Source: an uncultured Verrucomicrobiae bacterium (GTDB taxonomy: Bacteria > Verrucomicrobiota > Verrucomicrobiia > Chthoniobacterales > JAFAMB01). Taken from it: a stretch of 64,000 bases of DNA. The notes under the pieces are model-generated. The model searched no databases. It was not told the origin of the DNA and saw only the letters and a program-made list of their open reading frames with translations. Where the stretch lies: positions 3,808,001-3,872,000 of the forward strand of contig CAWIPH010000002.1 of NCBI GenBank assembly GCA_963837955.1, read 5' to 3'. Below are positions 1-10,596 of the stretch, in pieces (the stretch's first letter is position 1; the number at the start of each line of letters is the position of its first letter). Position numbers and translations under genes: made by a program.

Positions 1-1035
1 GATCAAACCAGAAAACAGAACCGAGCCTCGATCGGACTTGTCCTCTTCCGTTTCCGGGCGTTCATCGCTCTGCTGGTTTTGATCGGGATTTTTTCGTTTC
101 TAACCCCCTCCTTTTTCACTCGAGATAACCTGATCATTCTGGTCGGACAAACTGCCATTAACGCGCTAATGGCTATCGGGATGACATTTGTCATCCTCAC
201 CGGCGGTATCGATCTTTCGGTCGGTTCGATCGTGGGACTAGCCGCGATGGCCTCAGGTCTTCTGCTCAATCGTGGCATTGAATTGTCGCTGTTCGGCGTT
301 GCCGTCTACTTCAATGTCCCGGCGATTATCTTTTTGGTGCTCTGCTTGGGAACTCTCGTCGGTGCGTTTAATGGAATTCTGGTGACGCGGTTCAACGTTG
401 CCCCTTTCATCGCAACACTCGGCACCCTTTATGTCGCTCGCGGCTTGGCCCAATTGAGCAACGAGGGCGCCACCTTTCCCAACCTGGTCGGCAAAGCCGA
501 ACTCGGAAACACCGGTTTTCCCGTCCTGGGATCGGGAACGATTGTCGGAATTCCGATTATCATTTGGATCATGATACTTTTTACCGGAGTCGGTTGGTTT
601 ATCGCCGCGAAGACTCCGTTTGGCCGTCAAGTCTACGCTGTCGGCGGTAACGAGAGAGCAGCCGAATTGTCCGGTATCTCCGTTAATTTCATCAAAATGG
701 CTGTCTACATGATCTCCGGGTTCTGCTCGGCGATGACGGGGCTAATTACCGCTTCGCAGTTGGTAGCGGCGCATCCAGCGATTGGTGAAAGTTATGAACT
801 GAACGCCATTGCCGCAGTGGTATTAGGCGGTACATCGCTTTCTGGCGGCCGAGGGACCGTCTGGGGGACTTTGGTCGGCGCGTTAGTTATCGGGGTCTTG
901 AGTAACGGGCTCGTCCTTTTGGGCGTTCAGGAATTCTGGAAAAAGGTGATTACCGGGCTGGTAATCATCTTAGCCGTCGTCCTCGACCAACTACAAGCTC
1001 GGCTCCAGCAACGCCTGGCGCTGCGATCTGCTTAA
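1..1035 (+). CDS. Sugar ABC transporter permease, RbsC/CUT2 family (5'-truncated by window edge)
   Basis: Frame is open from base 1. Motifs GMTFVILTGGIDLSVGS, APFIATLG, YAVGGNERAAELSGI and YELNAIAAVVLGGTSLSGGRG. Confidence 0.93.
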   Translation, partial: DQTRKQNRASIGLVLFRFRAFIALLVLIGIFSFLTPSFFTRDNLIILVGQTAINALMAIGMTFVILTGGIDLSVGSIVGLAAMASGLLLNRGIELSLFGVAVYFNVPAIIFLVLCLGTLVGAFNGILVTRFNVAPFIATLGTLYVARGLAQLSNEGATFPNLVGKAELGNTGFPVLGSGTIVGIPIIIWIMILFTGVGWFIAAKTPFGRQVYAVGGNERAAELSGISVNFIKMAVYMISGFCSAMTGLITASQLVAAHPAIGESYELNAIAAVVLGGTSLSGGRGTVWGTLVGALVIGVLSNGLVLLGVQEFWKKVITGLVIILAVVLDQLQARLQQRLALRSA

Positions 1036-1073
1036 CTGAAATAGAGGAGGTGATCGCCGAACGTTCTAAATAA

Positions 1074-2159
<1,086 letters not shown>

Positions 2160-2397
2160 TTGGAGCTTGAATGCTTGAGCGGCGGTGTAAGTTAGCCCAG
2201 ATCTATCCGTCGCTCTTCGCTCTCAAAAAGGCTACATCGGCACAACCAATGCGGATCTCTTGCAAGGAGACCTTTTTCAACACCTCTGCCGATCGTATGC
2301 TATCTAACTTAGCTACCAAGCTTCGAGGACGAGCGCGACGACGAGAACGATTATGGTCGCGCATCATGTTTTACAGTTAACTTGAAATCTCCCCGTC

Positions 2398-3819
2398 ATG
2401 CCTACAAAGCTTCATCGTTCCATCACGCTTGGCGTAATCGTCGGTAATCGCGACTTTTTTCCGGACAGTCTGATTACGGCGGCCCGGCAGGAAATCATTC
2501 AAAAACTAACCGACTTACAGATCAGACCGATTCTGTTACCCGAGGACACTACTAAGCTAGGCGGAGTAGAAACGTGGGAAGACGCCAAAAAATGTGCTGC
2601 ATTGTTTGATGAGCACCGACGAGAAATCGACGGAATTCTGGTCAGTTTGCCAAACTTTGGCGACGAAAAGGGAGTTGCGGAAACAATTAAACTGTCGGGT
2701 CTGAAAGTGCCGGTCCTGGTGCAAGCATATCCCGACGATCTCTCACGGTTCTCGGTCGAGAGTAGGCGTGACGCCTTTTGCGGCAAAATTTCTGTCTGCA
2801 ATAACCTGTATCAATATGGGATTCCATTCAGTCTAACCAGTTTACATACGGAGAAGGTCAACAGTGACCTTTTTTCTTCGGATCTCCAACAGTTCGCTGC
2901 CGTGTGTCGAGTAGTGAAAGAGTTACCGAGAGCCCGACTTGGTGCCGTCGGTGCCCGTCCAAACGCGTTTAACACGACGCGCTATAGTGAAAAACTGCTG
3001 CAAGCATTCGGCATCAGCGTCAGCACCATCGATCTGTCGGAAGTATTTGGAAAAGCCGAGAAGTTAGCAGACACAGATTCTCGGGTCGGTAAGCGACTCG
3101 AGGGCATCAAGGCGTATGTGCCTACCGCGGGGGTACCTTCGCCCGCGTTAGTCAAGATGGCCAAACTTGGCATTGTCATCGACGATTGGATGCAAACCTA
3201 CGATCTCGACGCGACCGCGATCCAGTGTTGGGATTCCCTTCAACATAATTACGGGGTCAACGTGTGCACTTTGATGAGCATGATGAGCGAGAGTCTTCTG
3301 CCAAGCGCTTGCGAAGTAGATATCACGGGCGTTGCCTCCATGTATGCTCTGCAACTAGCCTCCGGCCGGCCCAGCGCTCTGGTTGACTGGAACAACAACT
3401 ACGCCGGCGAACCGGACAAATGTGTGCTGTTCCATTGTGGCAATTGGGCCAAGAGTTTTTTTGCTGACGTAAAGATGGCTAATGCGGAGATCCTCGCAAC
3501 GACTCTAGGGACAGAAAACACTTATGGCACGGTCGCCGGAAGAACTCCGGCGGGCCCTTTCGGTTACGCTCGAATCACGACTGACGACCGAGCGGGCCAA
3601 ATCCGAGCCTATGTTGGAGACGGCAGTTTTGTGGACGATCCGCTCGACACTTTCGGAAGTCGAGCTGTGGTCCATGTCCCTGGACTACAGAATCTCATGC
3701 ACTTCATCTGCAAGAATGGCTTTGAGCATCACGCAGCTATGACCACCGCGCATGCGGCGGCCGTCTTGCACGAGGCATTTACGACCTATTTTGCCTGGGA
3801 TACGTGTTGGCACAAGTAG
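2398..3819 (+). CDS. L-fucose/L-arabinose isomerase family protein
   Basis: 473 aa with LPNFGDE, AIQCW, SACEVD, LFHCG and C-terminal GFEHH motifs typical of FucI/AraA-like isomerases. Confidence 0.85.
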   Translation: MPTKLHRSITLGVIVGNRDFFPDSLITAARQEIIQKLTDLQIRPILLPEDTTKLGGVETWEDAKKCAALFDEHRREIDGILVSLPNFGDEKGVAETIKLSGLKVPVLVQAYPDDLSRFSVESRRDAFCGKISVCNNLYQYGIPFSLTSLHTEKVNSDLFSSDLQQFAAVCRVVKELPRARLGAVGARPNAFNTTRYSEKLLQAFGISVSTIDLSEVFGKAEKLADTDSRVGKRLEGIKAYVPTAGVPSPALVKMAKLGIVIDDWMQTYDLDATAIQCWDSLQHNYGVNVCTLMSMMSESLLPSACEVDITGVASMYALQLASGRPSALVDWNNNYAGEPDKCVLFHCGNWAKSFFADVKMANAEILATTLGTENTYGTVAGRTPAGPFGYARITTDDRAGQIRAYVGDGSFVDDPLDTFGSRAVVHVPGLQNLMHFICKNGFEHHAAMTTAHAAAVLHEAFTTYFAWDTCWHK

Positions 3820-3883
3820 CCTGATCCTCCCGGCTCAGGAGCCCAGGGCTGCGGTGATAGTGATTAATAAGCAGTAAGCGGGG

Positions 3884-4212
3884 GCCAGATACGCCGAAGG
3901 CGTTAAAGGACTCAGCCCGGGGTGGAGGCTTTGCGTAACCCCGGGTAACGCAAAAAAGACGCGTCCGCTCTGAAGGAGCGCTAGAAGTCTTCCAGGGATC
4001 TCGGTTACGGCAGCAACAATCCGTAGCGGCCGACGCTAGGTAAGAGGATCTAGAAGGGGCGTTCATGCCCTCGATGGAGCCGGTAATTGAGCGCCGTTCT
4101 GCCAGATGCTCTTACGCTCTTTCAGAGCGGACGCGCATTTTTTGGGGCTACCCGGGGTTACGCAAAGCCTCCACCCCGGGCTGAGTCCTTTAACGCCTTC
4201 GGCGTATCTGGC
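3884..4212. repeat. Inverted-repeat (REPIN/MITE-like) doublet, family A, copy 1
   Basis: 3884-3980 is the near reverse complement of 4115-4212 (GCCAGATACGCCGAAGGCGTTAAAGGACTCAGCCCGGGGTGGAGGCTTTGCG...). A homologous element lies at 18124-18410. Confidence 0.9.
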
Positions 4213-4329
4213 GTGTCTGACACGCCGGGCGGTTTTGTTGTGACGATCGACAAACGCAACGGCATACCCCGGCGTCCAGCTCCCCTCGCTTACTGCTTAC
4301 TGCTTACTAATCACCAACCTAATCACTAG

Positions 4330-5109
4330 TCACGACATAAACAATCCGCCGTCCACGTTGATCGTCTGGCCGGTGATATACGCCGCATCGTCTGAGGCCA
4401 GAAATGTCACCAGTCCGGCGACATCCTCTGCTCTCCCCACTCGTTTCAGTGGGATATTGTTAACCCATTCCTGCATCAACTCCCCCGGTTTGTAATTTCC
4501 CAGAAGTTTGCCCCAAGCCGAATCGTTATAGGCCCACATGTCGGTATCAATGATGCCAGGGCAAAAGGCGTTCACGGTAATGTTAAATGGAGCCAACTCT
4601 TTGGCGAGGCTTTGGGTGATACCGACCACGCCAAATTTGCTGGCGGCGTAATGTGGCGTGTAAATGAAGCCCTGTCTGGCCTGACCCGAAGCGGTATTGA
4701 TGATCCGGCCAGATTTTTGCTGTTTCATTCGTACTGCCGCCGCCTGACAACACAAAAAGACGCCCTTGGTGTTTACCGCCATGATCTTGTCCCATTCCTG
4801 TTCCGTCAGATCTTCAATCTTGGCGATGGTAATAACGCCGGCATTCTGGATCGATACATCCAGTTGGCCGAACTCGTCGACAACCCGCTCGAACAGCTTT
4901 TCGACTTCCACCTTGCTGGTAACGTCACAAATCGCGGAGATGGCGCGACCGCCGGAACCGTTAATTTCTTCGGCGACCTGATGCACAGCGTCCTCGTTCG
5001 CAGCGACGGCTACGCTTGCTCCCTCTCGGGCAAATCGGAGAGCCAATCCTTTGCCGATCCCTCGGCTCGCCCCCGTTATCAGCACAGTCTTTTCCTCGAA
5101 TCGTTTCAT
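4330..5109 (-). CDS. Short-chain dehydrogenase/reductase (SDR)
   Basis: TGASRGIG, NAG, YAASK catalytic motif, ITGQTINVDGG. Confidence 0.93.
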   Translation of the reverse strand: MKRFEEKTVLITGASRGIGKGLALRFAREGASVAVAANEDAVHQVAEEINGSGGRAISAICDVTSKVEVEKLFERVVDEFGQLDVSIQNAGVITIAKIEDLTEQEWDKIMAVNTKGVFLCCQAAAVRMKQQKSGRIINTASGQARQGFIYTPHYAASKFGVVGITQSLAKELAPFNITVNAFCPGIIDTDMWAYNDSAWGKLLGNYKPGELMQEWVNNIPLKRVGRAEDVAGLVTFLASDDAAYITGQTINVDGGLFMS

Positions 5110-5263
5110 TCTCTTCGTTGGTTTTACATGATTATTCGATAGCCGGCAGATATTTCCCTGGATTGTTTGCCAAGATAAAGATCACGGCGGGCTTCGGTAC
5201 CGGGAGCAAGTCGTCCAAGCCCGCATCGTCGGCTAGATTTCTGATTTCAAGCTCGCGCCAGCC

Positions 5264-5279
5264 CATATGTATATATATG
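5264..5279. promoter_or_regulatory. Candidate operator palindrome between divergent SDR and ABC operon
   Basis: CATATGTATATATATG, an imperfect 16-bp palindrome in an AT-rich divergent intergenic region. Confidence 0.35.
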
Positions 5280-5355
5280 CATGGATAAATAAAAATGAAA
5301 TTTTGCTTGCATTGCTTTTCTCTTCGCGCAACTAATCGGTGTCCTTCTTACCCCC

Positions 5356-6642
5356 ATGAACCCTATTCGATTCGCTTTCCTTCCCCTCCTCGCTACCGCC
5401 CTGTTGGCGGTTCCCGGAACTCTCCATTCTCAATCTTCCGCTGCTTCACCCGAGGTCCCGAAAGGCAACGTAACCGTGAACTTTTGGGGCATCGCGACAC
5501 AGCCCTGGCAGCTTATGATCGACGAGTTCCAGAAGAAGTATCCGAACATCAAGATCAAATGGACCAAATACAGTACCGACGAGATTAAACAGGCGCTTCG
5601 AGTCGCTTCTGCAGCGGGAAAATTGCCCGACGCATGGTTTAACTGGGGTGGCAGTCTCGCCTCACCCTATGAGGAGGCCGGCCACGCACTCGAGCTTACT
5701 CCGGAGCTAATGGCTCAGTACGGAATCGACAAAAATATACTGCCCGCCGCACTCAGTTTGGCTCGCTGGAAAGATAAGCTTTATGGCGTTCCGATTTGGG
5801 TGCGACCAATGACTATTTTCTATAAAAAGAGTCTGCTCGAAAAAAATGGCCTTTCTGCGCCGACATCGTTCGCCGACCTGGAGCAATTGTGCCAGGCGCT
5901 CAAATCCAAAGGCATTACTCCGGTCGCATGCGGCGGAAAGTTTAGCTGGATGACCATGCGAACGACCGATTTCTTCATCGAGCATTACGCTGGCCCGGCC
6001 GTTCACGACAAGCTCTTCGCGCTGGAGGAATCGTGGAATTCCCCCGCAGTAATCCAAGCGTTCGCCAAGCTCAAGGAATGGGTCAGCAAAGGTTATTTCA
6101 ACGATGGCTTTCTCTCGCTCGATCCCAACCAGGCTTTACCACTGCTTTTCCAAGATAAAGCAGCCATGATCTTTCAGGGTCCGTGGATTGAAGATCAAAA
6201 CATCGTTTCGACGCATCAAGACCCCAACAACTACGTTCCGATCGTTGCACCGGCCGATCAAACGCCGGTCAGAGTATCTGGCTTTCAAGAGCAGATTCAG
6301 TTTTGGTCCAAATCGAACCCGGATGCGCAGAAAGCCGCTCTCCTTTTTGCCGCCTTCATTACGACTCCGGACGTGGCCAAGAGCCACGTGAAAGAGTTTG
6401 GCTCGCCCAGCGCTGTGGTAGGCGTTTTCCCGCCCGCCGATCGTCCGATTGGTACGCAGATGGCAAAGTGGTTGCAAGGCGAAGTTGGGCTTTATCTACC
6501 GACAGACCAGGCGGTGCCACAGGAGATCGTTAACGCATTTTGGCAAGCGCAGGACTCAATAGTACTCGGAAGCATGACACCCGAAAACGCAGCAGCGCAG
6601 GTCCAGCAAGCCGTCGAGGCTTACAAAGCCGCACGGAAGTAG
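5356..6642 (+). CDS. Carbohydrate ABC transporter substrate-binding protein (CUT1, SBP_bac_1/8)
   Basis: Signal peptide; KLYGVP, IFYKK, GITP and AAMIFQGPW motifs; upstream of two CUT1 permeases. Confidence 0.9.
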   Translation: MNPIRFAFLPLLATALLAVPGTLHSQSSAASPEVPKGNVTVNFWGIATQPWQLMIDEFQKKYPNIKIKWTKYSTDEIKQALRVASAAGKLPDAWFNWGGSLASPYEEAGHALELTPELMAQYGIDKNILPAALSLARWKDKLYGVPIWVRPMTIFYKKSLLEKNGLSAPTSFADLEQLCQALKSKGITPVACGGKFSWMTMRTTDFFIEHYAGPAVHDKLFALEESWNSPAVIQAFAKLKEWVSKGYFNDGFLSLDPNQALPLLFQDKAAMIFQGPWIEDQNIVSTHQDPNNYVPIVAPADQTPVRVSGFQEQIQFWSKSNPDAQKAALLFAAFITTPDVAKSHVKEFGSPSAVVGVFPPADRPIGTQMAKWLQGEVGLYLPTDQAVPQEIVNAFWQAQDSIVLGSMTPENAAAQVQQAVEAYKAARK

Positions 6643-6758
6643 TTTGCCTAGCGTGGCTGATCGCGCTGATGCGCTGGAATACAGGACAGTTGAAGCCAGG
6701 TTGGTGTGCTCTTCCCGTAACCAGGATAATTAGTTAAGAACCACGCGACAGACAGTAA

Positions 6759-7700
6759 ATGGATGCTGTAGAGGAAATATCGGCGATCACCCAGATTTCA
6801 CCCCCTGCTCAGGCGCTACGAAAGGTACGTTCCAGCTTTCGCTGGCTTCTACCTTGGCTGTTTGTCGCTCCCGCGTTGTTCATTTACGTGGTCGTTGTCG
6901 TCTACCCGATGGTCTTCTCCGTCTATCTGAGTTTTTTTCGCTGGGACGGAATAGCGCCAACCAAAGTATTCGTTGGATTTCGGAACTATGTGTCCCTTTT
7001 CACCAGTGATCCGATCTTCTGGATAGCGCTTACTAACAACGCGATTTGGCTGGGTGCAGCCTTGATCTTACCGACGAGCATCGGTCTGGGGCTAGCGCTG
7101 ATTCTGAATTCCAAATTTCGAGGGAGTCGATTCTTTCGGACGATCTTTTACATCCCAGCCGTTCTGTCCTTAGCAGTGGTTGGATTGATCTGGACCTGGA
7201 TGTACCAGCCCACATTTGGGTTAATTAATCAAGTGCTCGATCTCTTCGGGTGGAAAGCGCTGGAGCACAATTGGCTGGGAGATCCGCAGGTTGCTCTTTA
7301 TGCGGTCATTATCGCCGCGGCTTGGAACGCAACCGGTTTGCCAATGCTCCTTTACCTCGCAGGCCTCCAAACTGTCCCGACGGAGTTACTGGAAGCGGCC
7401 AAAGTGGAAGGTGCGGGTCCGATACGCCGATTTCTCTATGTAACATTTCCGCTCTTGCGCGAGACCACACTGATCGTGTTGGCAATCACGGCGATTAATT
7501 CGCTGAAGGCCTATGACATCGTTTATGCCATGACCTACGGCGGTCCGGCAAATAAGACGCAGGTTCTGGGCACATGGATGTACTTCCAAACTTACAACTA
7601 TAACACGGTAGGGGGAGGCACCGCGATCGCAGTGGTGCTATTCGCCTTAACCCTGATCTTCGCGGTTCCATACCTTCGACTCATGGTGCGAAATCAATGA
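6759..7700 (+). CDS. Carbohydrate ABC transporter permease (MalF/UgpA-like)
   Basis: FVGFRNY; EAA motif LLEAAKVEGAG; MTYGGP. Confidence 0.93.
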   Translation: MDAVEEISAITQISPPAQALRKVRSSFRWLLPWLFVAPALFIYVVVVVYPMVFSVYLSFFRWDGIAPTKVFVGFRNYVSLFTSDPIFWIALTNNAIWLGAALILPTSIGLGLALILNSKFRGSRFFRTIFYIPAVLSLAVVGLIWTWMYQPTFGLINQVLDLFGWKALEHNWLGDPQVALYAVIIAAAWNATGLPMLLYLAGLQTVPTELLEAAKVEGAGPIRRFLYVTFPLLRETTLIVLAITAINSLKAYDIVYAMTYGGPANKTQVLGTWMYFQTYNYNTVGGGTAIAVVLFALTLIFAVPYLRLMVRNQ

Positions 7701-8572
7701 GTGCCTCCCCTACTGAAACACCTGTCCGGTTACCGGTAAGAACAGCCTTTCTGCCAGGAAAATCGGTCAAGGTTGCTCTCTTTTATGCGGTGCTGATCGT
7801 GGCTGCTTTTATCTGGTTCATTCCGGTAGTGACACTTATTTTAACCGCCCTGAAAGATGCTGGCGACTTCGCAGTGAACGGAACATTCTCGCTTCCCCAG
7901 TCGATCAACTGGTCCAATTTCAGCGAGGCTTGGGAGACCGGCGTTAAGAATTACTTCTTTAACAGCGTCTTTGTTACCTGCGTTAAAGTCCCGGCCGGAA
8001 TTCTTCTTGAGTCGATGGCAGCGTTTGCGCTCACCCACATGCCATTCAAGTGGGCGAACCGAGTTTTCCTTTTTATCCTGATCGGACTGATCGTCCCGAT
8101 CCAAATGACGCTCGTTCCCCTAACGTTGTTGATGAACGCGCTCAGTCTAATCGATACGTTAACTGGCCTGATTATCCTCTACATCGGATTCGGGGTTCCG
8201 TTCGGCGTGCTGGTTATGAGAGGTTTCTTCCGCACCATTCCGACAGCGATTATTGAAGCGGCGCGGATCGACGGCTGTTCCTATTTCCGAATTTTCATTC
8301 GTATCGCACTGCCGCTGGCGATGCCTGCAGTCATCACTTTGTGCATTCTCGACGGGGTGGCGACCTGGAATGAATTCATCTTGGCGCAAATCTTTTTGCG
8401 ATCGGATGAACTGAGAACTTTACCCCTGGGCCTGGTGCAATTCAGCACCCAGTTCTCAACCCAATACGACCAACTTGCGGCGGCGGTCCTTATTTCCGTG
8501 GTCCCGGTAATTTTCGTCTTTCTCTTCTTCCAGCGTTACTTCGTCAGCGGTATGGCTGGCGCGGTGAAATAG
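7697..8572 (+). CDS. Carbohydrate ABC transporter permease (MalG/UgpE-like)
   Basis: IIEAARIDGCS, WNEF, QRYFVSGMAGAVK; ATGA overlap with the previous gene. Confidence 0.93.
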   Translation: MSASPTETPVRLPVRTAFLPGKSVKVALFYAVLIVAAFIWFIPVVTLILTALKDAGDFAVNGTFSLPQSINWSNFSEAWETGVKNYFFNSVFVTCVKVPAGILLESMAAFALTHMPFKWANRVFLFILIGLIVPIQMTLVPLTLLMNALSLIDTLTGLIILYIGFGVPFGVLVMRGFFRTIPTAIIEAARIDGCSYFRIFIRIALPLAMPAVITLCILDGVATWNEFILAQIFLRSDELRTLPLGLVQFSTQFSTQYDQLAAAVLISVVPVIFVFLFFQRYFVSGMAGAVK

Positions 8573-8594
8573 AGCCTTTGTCACCAGAAATACT

Positions 8595-9485
8595 ATGTAT
8601 CGTCCCCCTATCCCTGAACCAGCCAAGAAGTCGCGAGTGATCCTAAATACGGACGCAAAAAACGAAGCTGATGATCAATACGCGATTGTTCACGGCATTT
8701 TGACCCCGTCCTTTGATCTGCACGGCATTATCTCTGCCCATTTCGGAGACCGTAAGTCTGCGACCAGCCAACGCGATAGCCATGATGAAATATTGCGACT
8801 GCTCGATCTCATGGGTATTAAGGGTCAAATTCCGGTGGCGGCCGGAGCACCAAGAGCACTTCCCGATGAAGTAACACCGGTACCATCGGAAGGCTCGGCG
8901 TTGATTATCGCTGAAGCCTTGAAGGACGACCCGCGACCGCTGCATGTGGCTTTTCTCGGACCTTTGACAGATATGGCGTCGGCCCTCCTGGAAGAACCTG
9001 CTATCGCCGGACGCAATGTTGTCGTGGTTTGGATTGGCGGCGCTGATTGGCCAGTGGGCGGACCAGAGTTCAATCTGTCGAACGACATCAACGCGGCCAA
9101 TGTGGTATTCCGATCGAAAGTGCAGCTATGGCAGATTCCCAGCACCGTCTACAAAAGAATGGCGGTGAGTTATGCCGAACTGGCCGCGAGAGTCTATGAC
9201 AAAGGACCGATCGGAAAATACCTGGTCGAACAATTGGTAGAATGGAATACGCACAATGTGCCAGGGCCGATCGAACATCGTTCTTTAGGTGATTCGCCGG
9301 CAGTAGGAGTGATTATGTACCCGGACTGTGGAGTGTGGGAATGGCGCCCGGCTCCCGAGTTCAATCGAGAAATGAATTATGTCCACAGCGGAGGGAACCG
9401 CCCGATCCGCGTGTACGAATCCGTTGATCAACGATTCATCCACGAGGACTTCTTCGCCAAGCTCGCAGGCTTTGCCATGAAATAA
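8595..9485 (+). CDS. Nucleoside hydrolase (IU-NH family)
   Basis: N-terminal NTDAKNEADD Asp cluster, LGPLTD, WIGG, EFNLSND and LGDSP motifs. Confidence 0.88.
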   Translation: MYRPPIPEPAKKSRVILNTDAKNEADDQYAIVHGILTPSFDLHGIISAHFGDRKSATSQRDSHDEILRLLDLMGIKGQIPVAAGAPRALPDEVTPVPSEGSALIIAEALKDDPRPLHVAFLGPLTDMASALLEEPAIAGRNVVVVWIGGADWPVGGPEFNLSNDINAANVVFRSKVQLWQIPSTVYKRMAVSYAELAARVYDKGPIGKYLVEQLVEWNTHNVPGPIEHRSLGDSPAVGVIMYPDCGVWEWRPAPEFNREMNYVHSGGNRPIRVYESVDQRFIHEDFFAKLAGFAMK

Positions 9486-9500
9486 TCCGCGGACTTCATT

Positions 9501-9832
9501 ATCCGCAGATTTCACAGATTACACAGATTTTTCTCGGATCGTTGGACCCGCGCCTGAGGTCCGAAGACCAATTACAGAGTGTAGAACATCCGCAGATTTC
9601 ACCGATTACGCAGATTTTTCCAGGAGCATTGGAACCGCGCTTGAGGCCCGAAGATCGATTACAGAGTGTAAAACATCCACAGATTTCACAGATTCTTCCA
9701 GGAGCATTGGACCCGCACTTGAGGCCCGAAGATCAATTACGGAGTGTAAAACATAGGCGCTTTGTTTTGCTCATCTCAGCGCGCAAAAAGGAGCCTCAAA
9801 TAAAATCTGTGTGATCTGCGAAATCTGCGGAT
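9501..9832. repeat. CAGAT-rich element: 31-bp terminal inverted repeats enclosing three tandem units
   Basis: 9501-9531 versus 9802-9832 inverted with 2 mismatches. Units start at 9542, 9629 and 9707. Confidence 0.85.
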
Positions 9833-10488
9833 CACTCCCTCTTACCGTCCCGAGCCGCCCAGAGCATTCCTCGGAGGATCAACGTCCGCATTGGTGCTAT
9901 CTCAAATTCCGTTGCGGCGTGACCGAGTGAACAGTAAAAGACGTGGCCCGCTCCGTGACGCCGCTTCCACGCCACTGGCATGACTACGCCTTCAATCCAG
10001 GGGCAGTGCTCTCCCCCAAAAGTCGTAGTCGCCAGCACCTCATTACTTGGATCAACGTGCATATAATACTGCTCGGAACGGTAGTCGAAATCGTCGATCC
10101 CTCGGGTGATCGGGTCGTCTCGGTTGGTGATCGTGACCCGGTAAGGAATGATATTGCCCGGATGCGCTACCCACTGACCTCCAACCATGAACTGGTAAGC
10201 GGGTGCCGCCCGGAAACTGTCCCCCATGCCGCCGTGAAAGCCAGCGAGTCCGGTCCCCCGCGCGACGGTCGCGCTGAGATTCTCGCATTCCTCAGAGGTG
10301 ATCGTCGCCATAGTCACAATTGGCACGATCAGGTTGAAACGACCCAGACTGGGCTCGGCAAACGCCGAGGCCGAGTCGGTTACGTGAACGCTGAATCCTG
10401 CTGTCATCAGAAGGCGGGCGACGACGTCTGCGCATTCTCTGGGCTGGTGGCCTTCCCAGCCACCCCAAACGATCAAAGCTTCTTGCAT
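9832..10488 (-). CDS. ThuA-like domain protein (class I glutamine amidotransferase-like fold)
   Basis: WGGWEGH, GFHGGMGD, GGQWVAHPG, SEQYYMH, VFYCSLGH; AGGAGA RBS upstream. Confidence 0.88.
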   Translation of the reverse strand: MQEALIVWGGWEGHQPRECADVVARLLMTAGFSVHVTDSASAFAEPSLGRFNLIVPIVTMATITSEECENLSATVARGTGLAGFHGGMGDSFRAAPAYQFMVGGQWVAHPGNIIPYRVTITNRDDPITRGIDDFDYRSEQYYMHVDPSNEVLATTTFGGEHCPWIEGVVMPVAWKRRHGAGHVFYCSLGHAATEFEIAPMRTLILRGMLWAARDGKRE

Positions 10489-10596
10489 TTCGGGTCTCCT
10501 AGAAGGGAAATTGGTTTTGAAGGCCGGGATATTCGGCCGCTAAACATTGCTGATCTGCGCCACTTTTTCGCTCGCGACGAAGCGATCGTTGGACGG

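Noticed and set aside
9542..9754. CRISPR array
   Set aside because: Intervening segments resemble each other and the flanking inverted repeat, the repeats are degenerate, and no cas genes are present.
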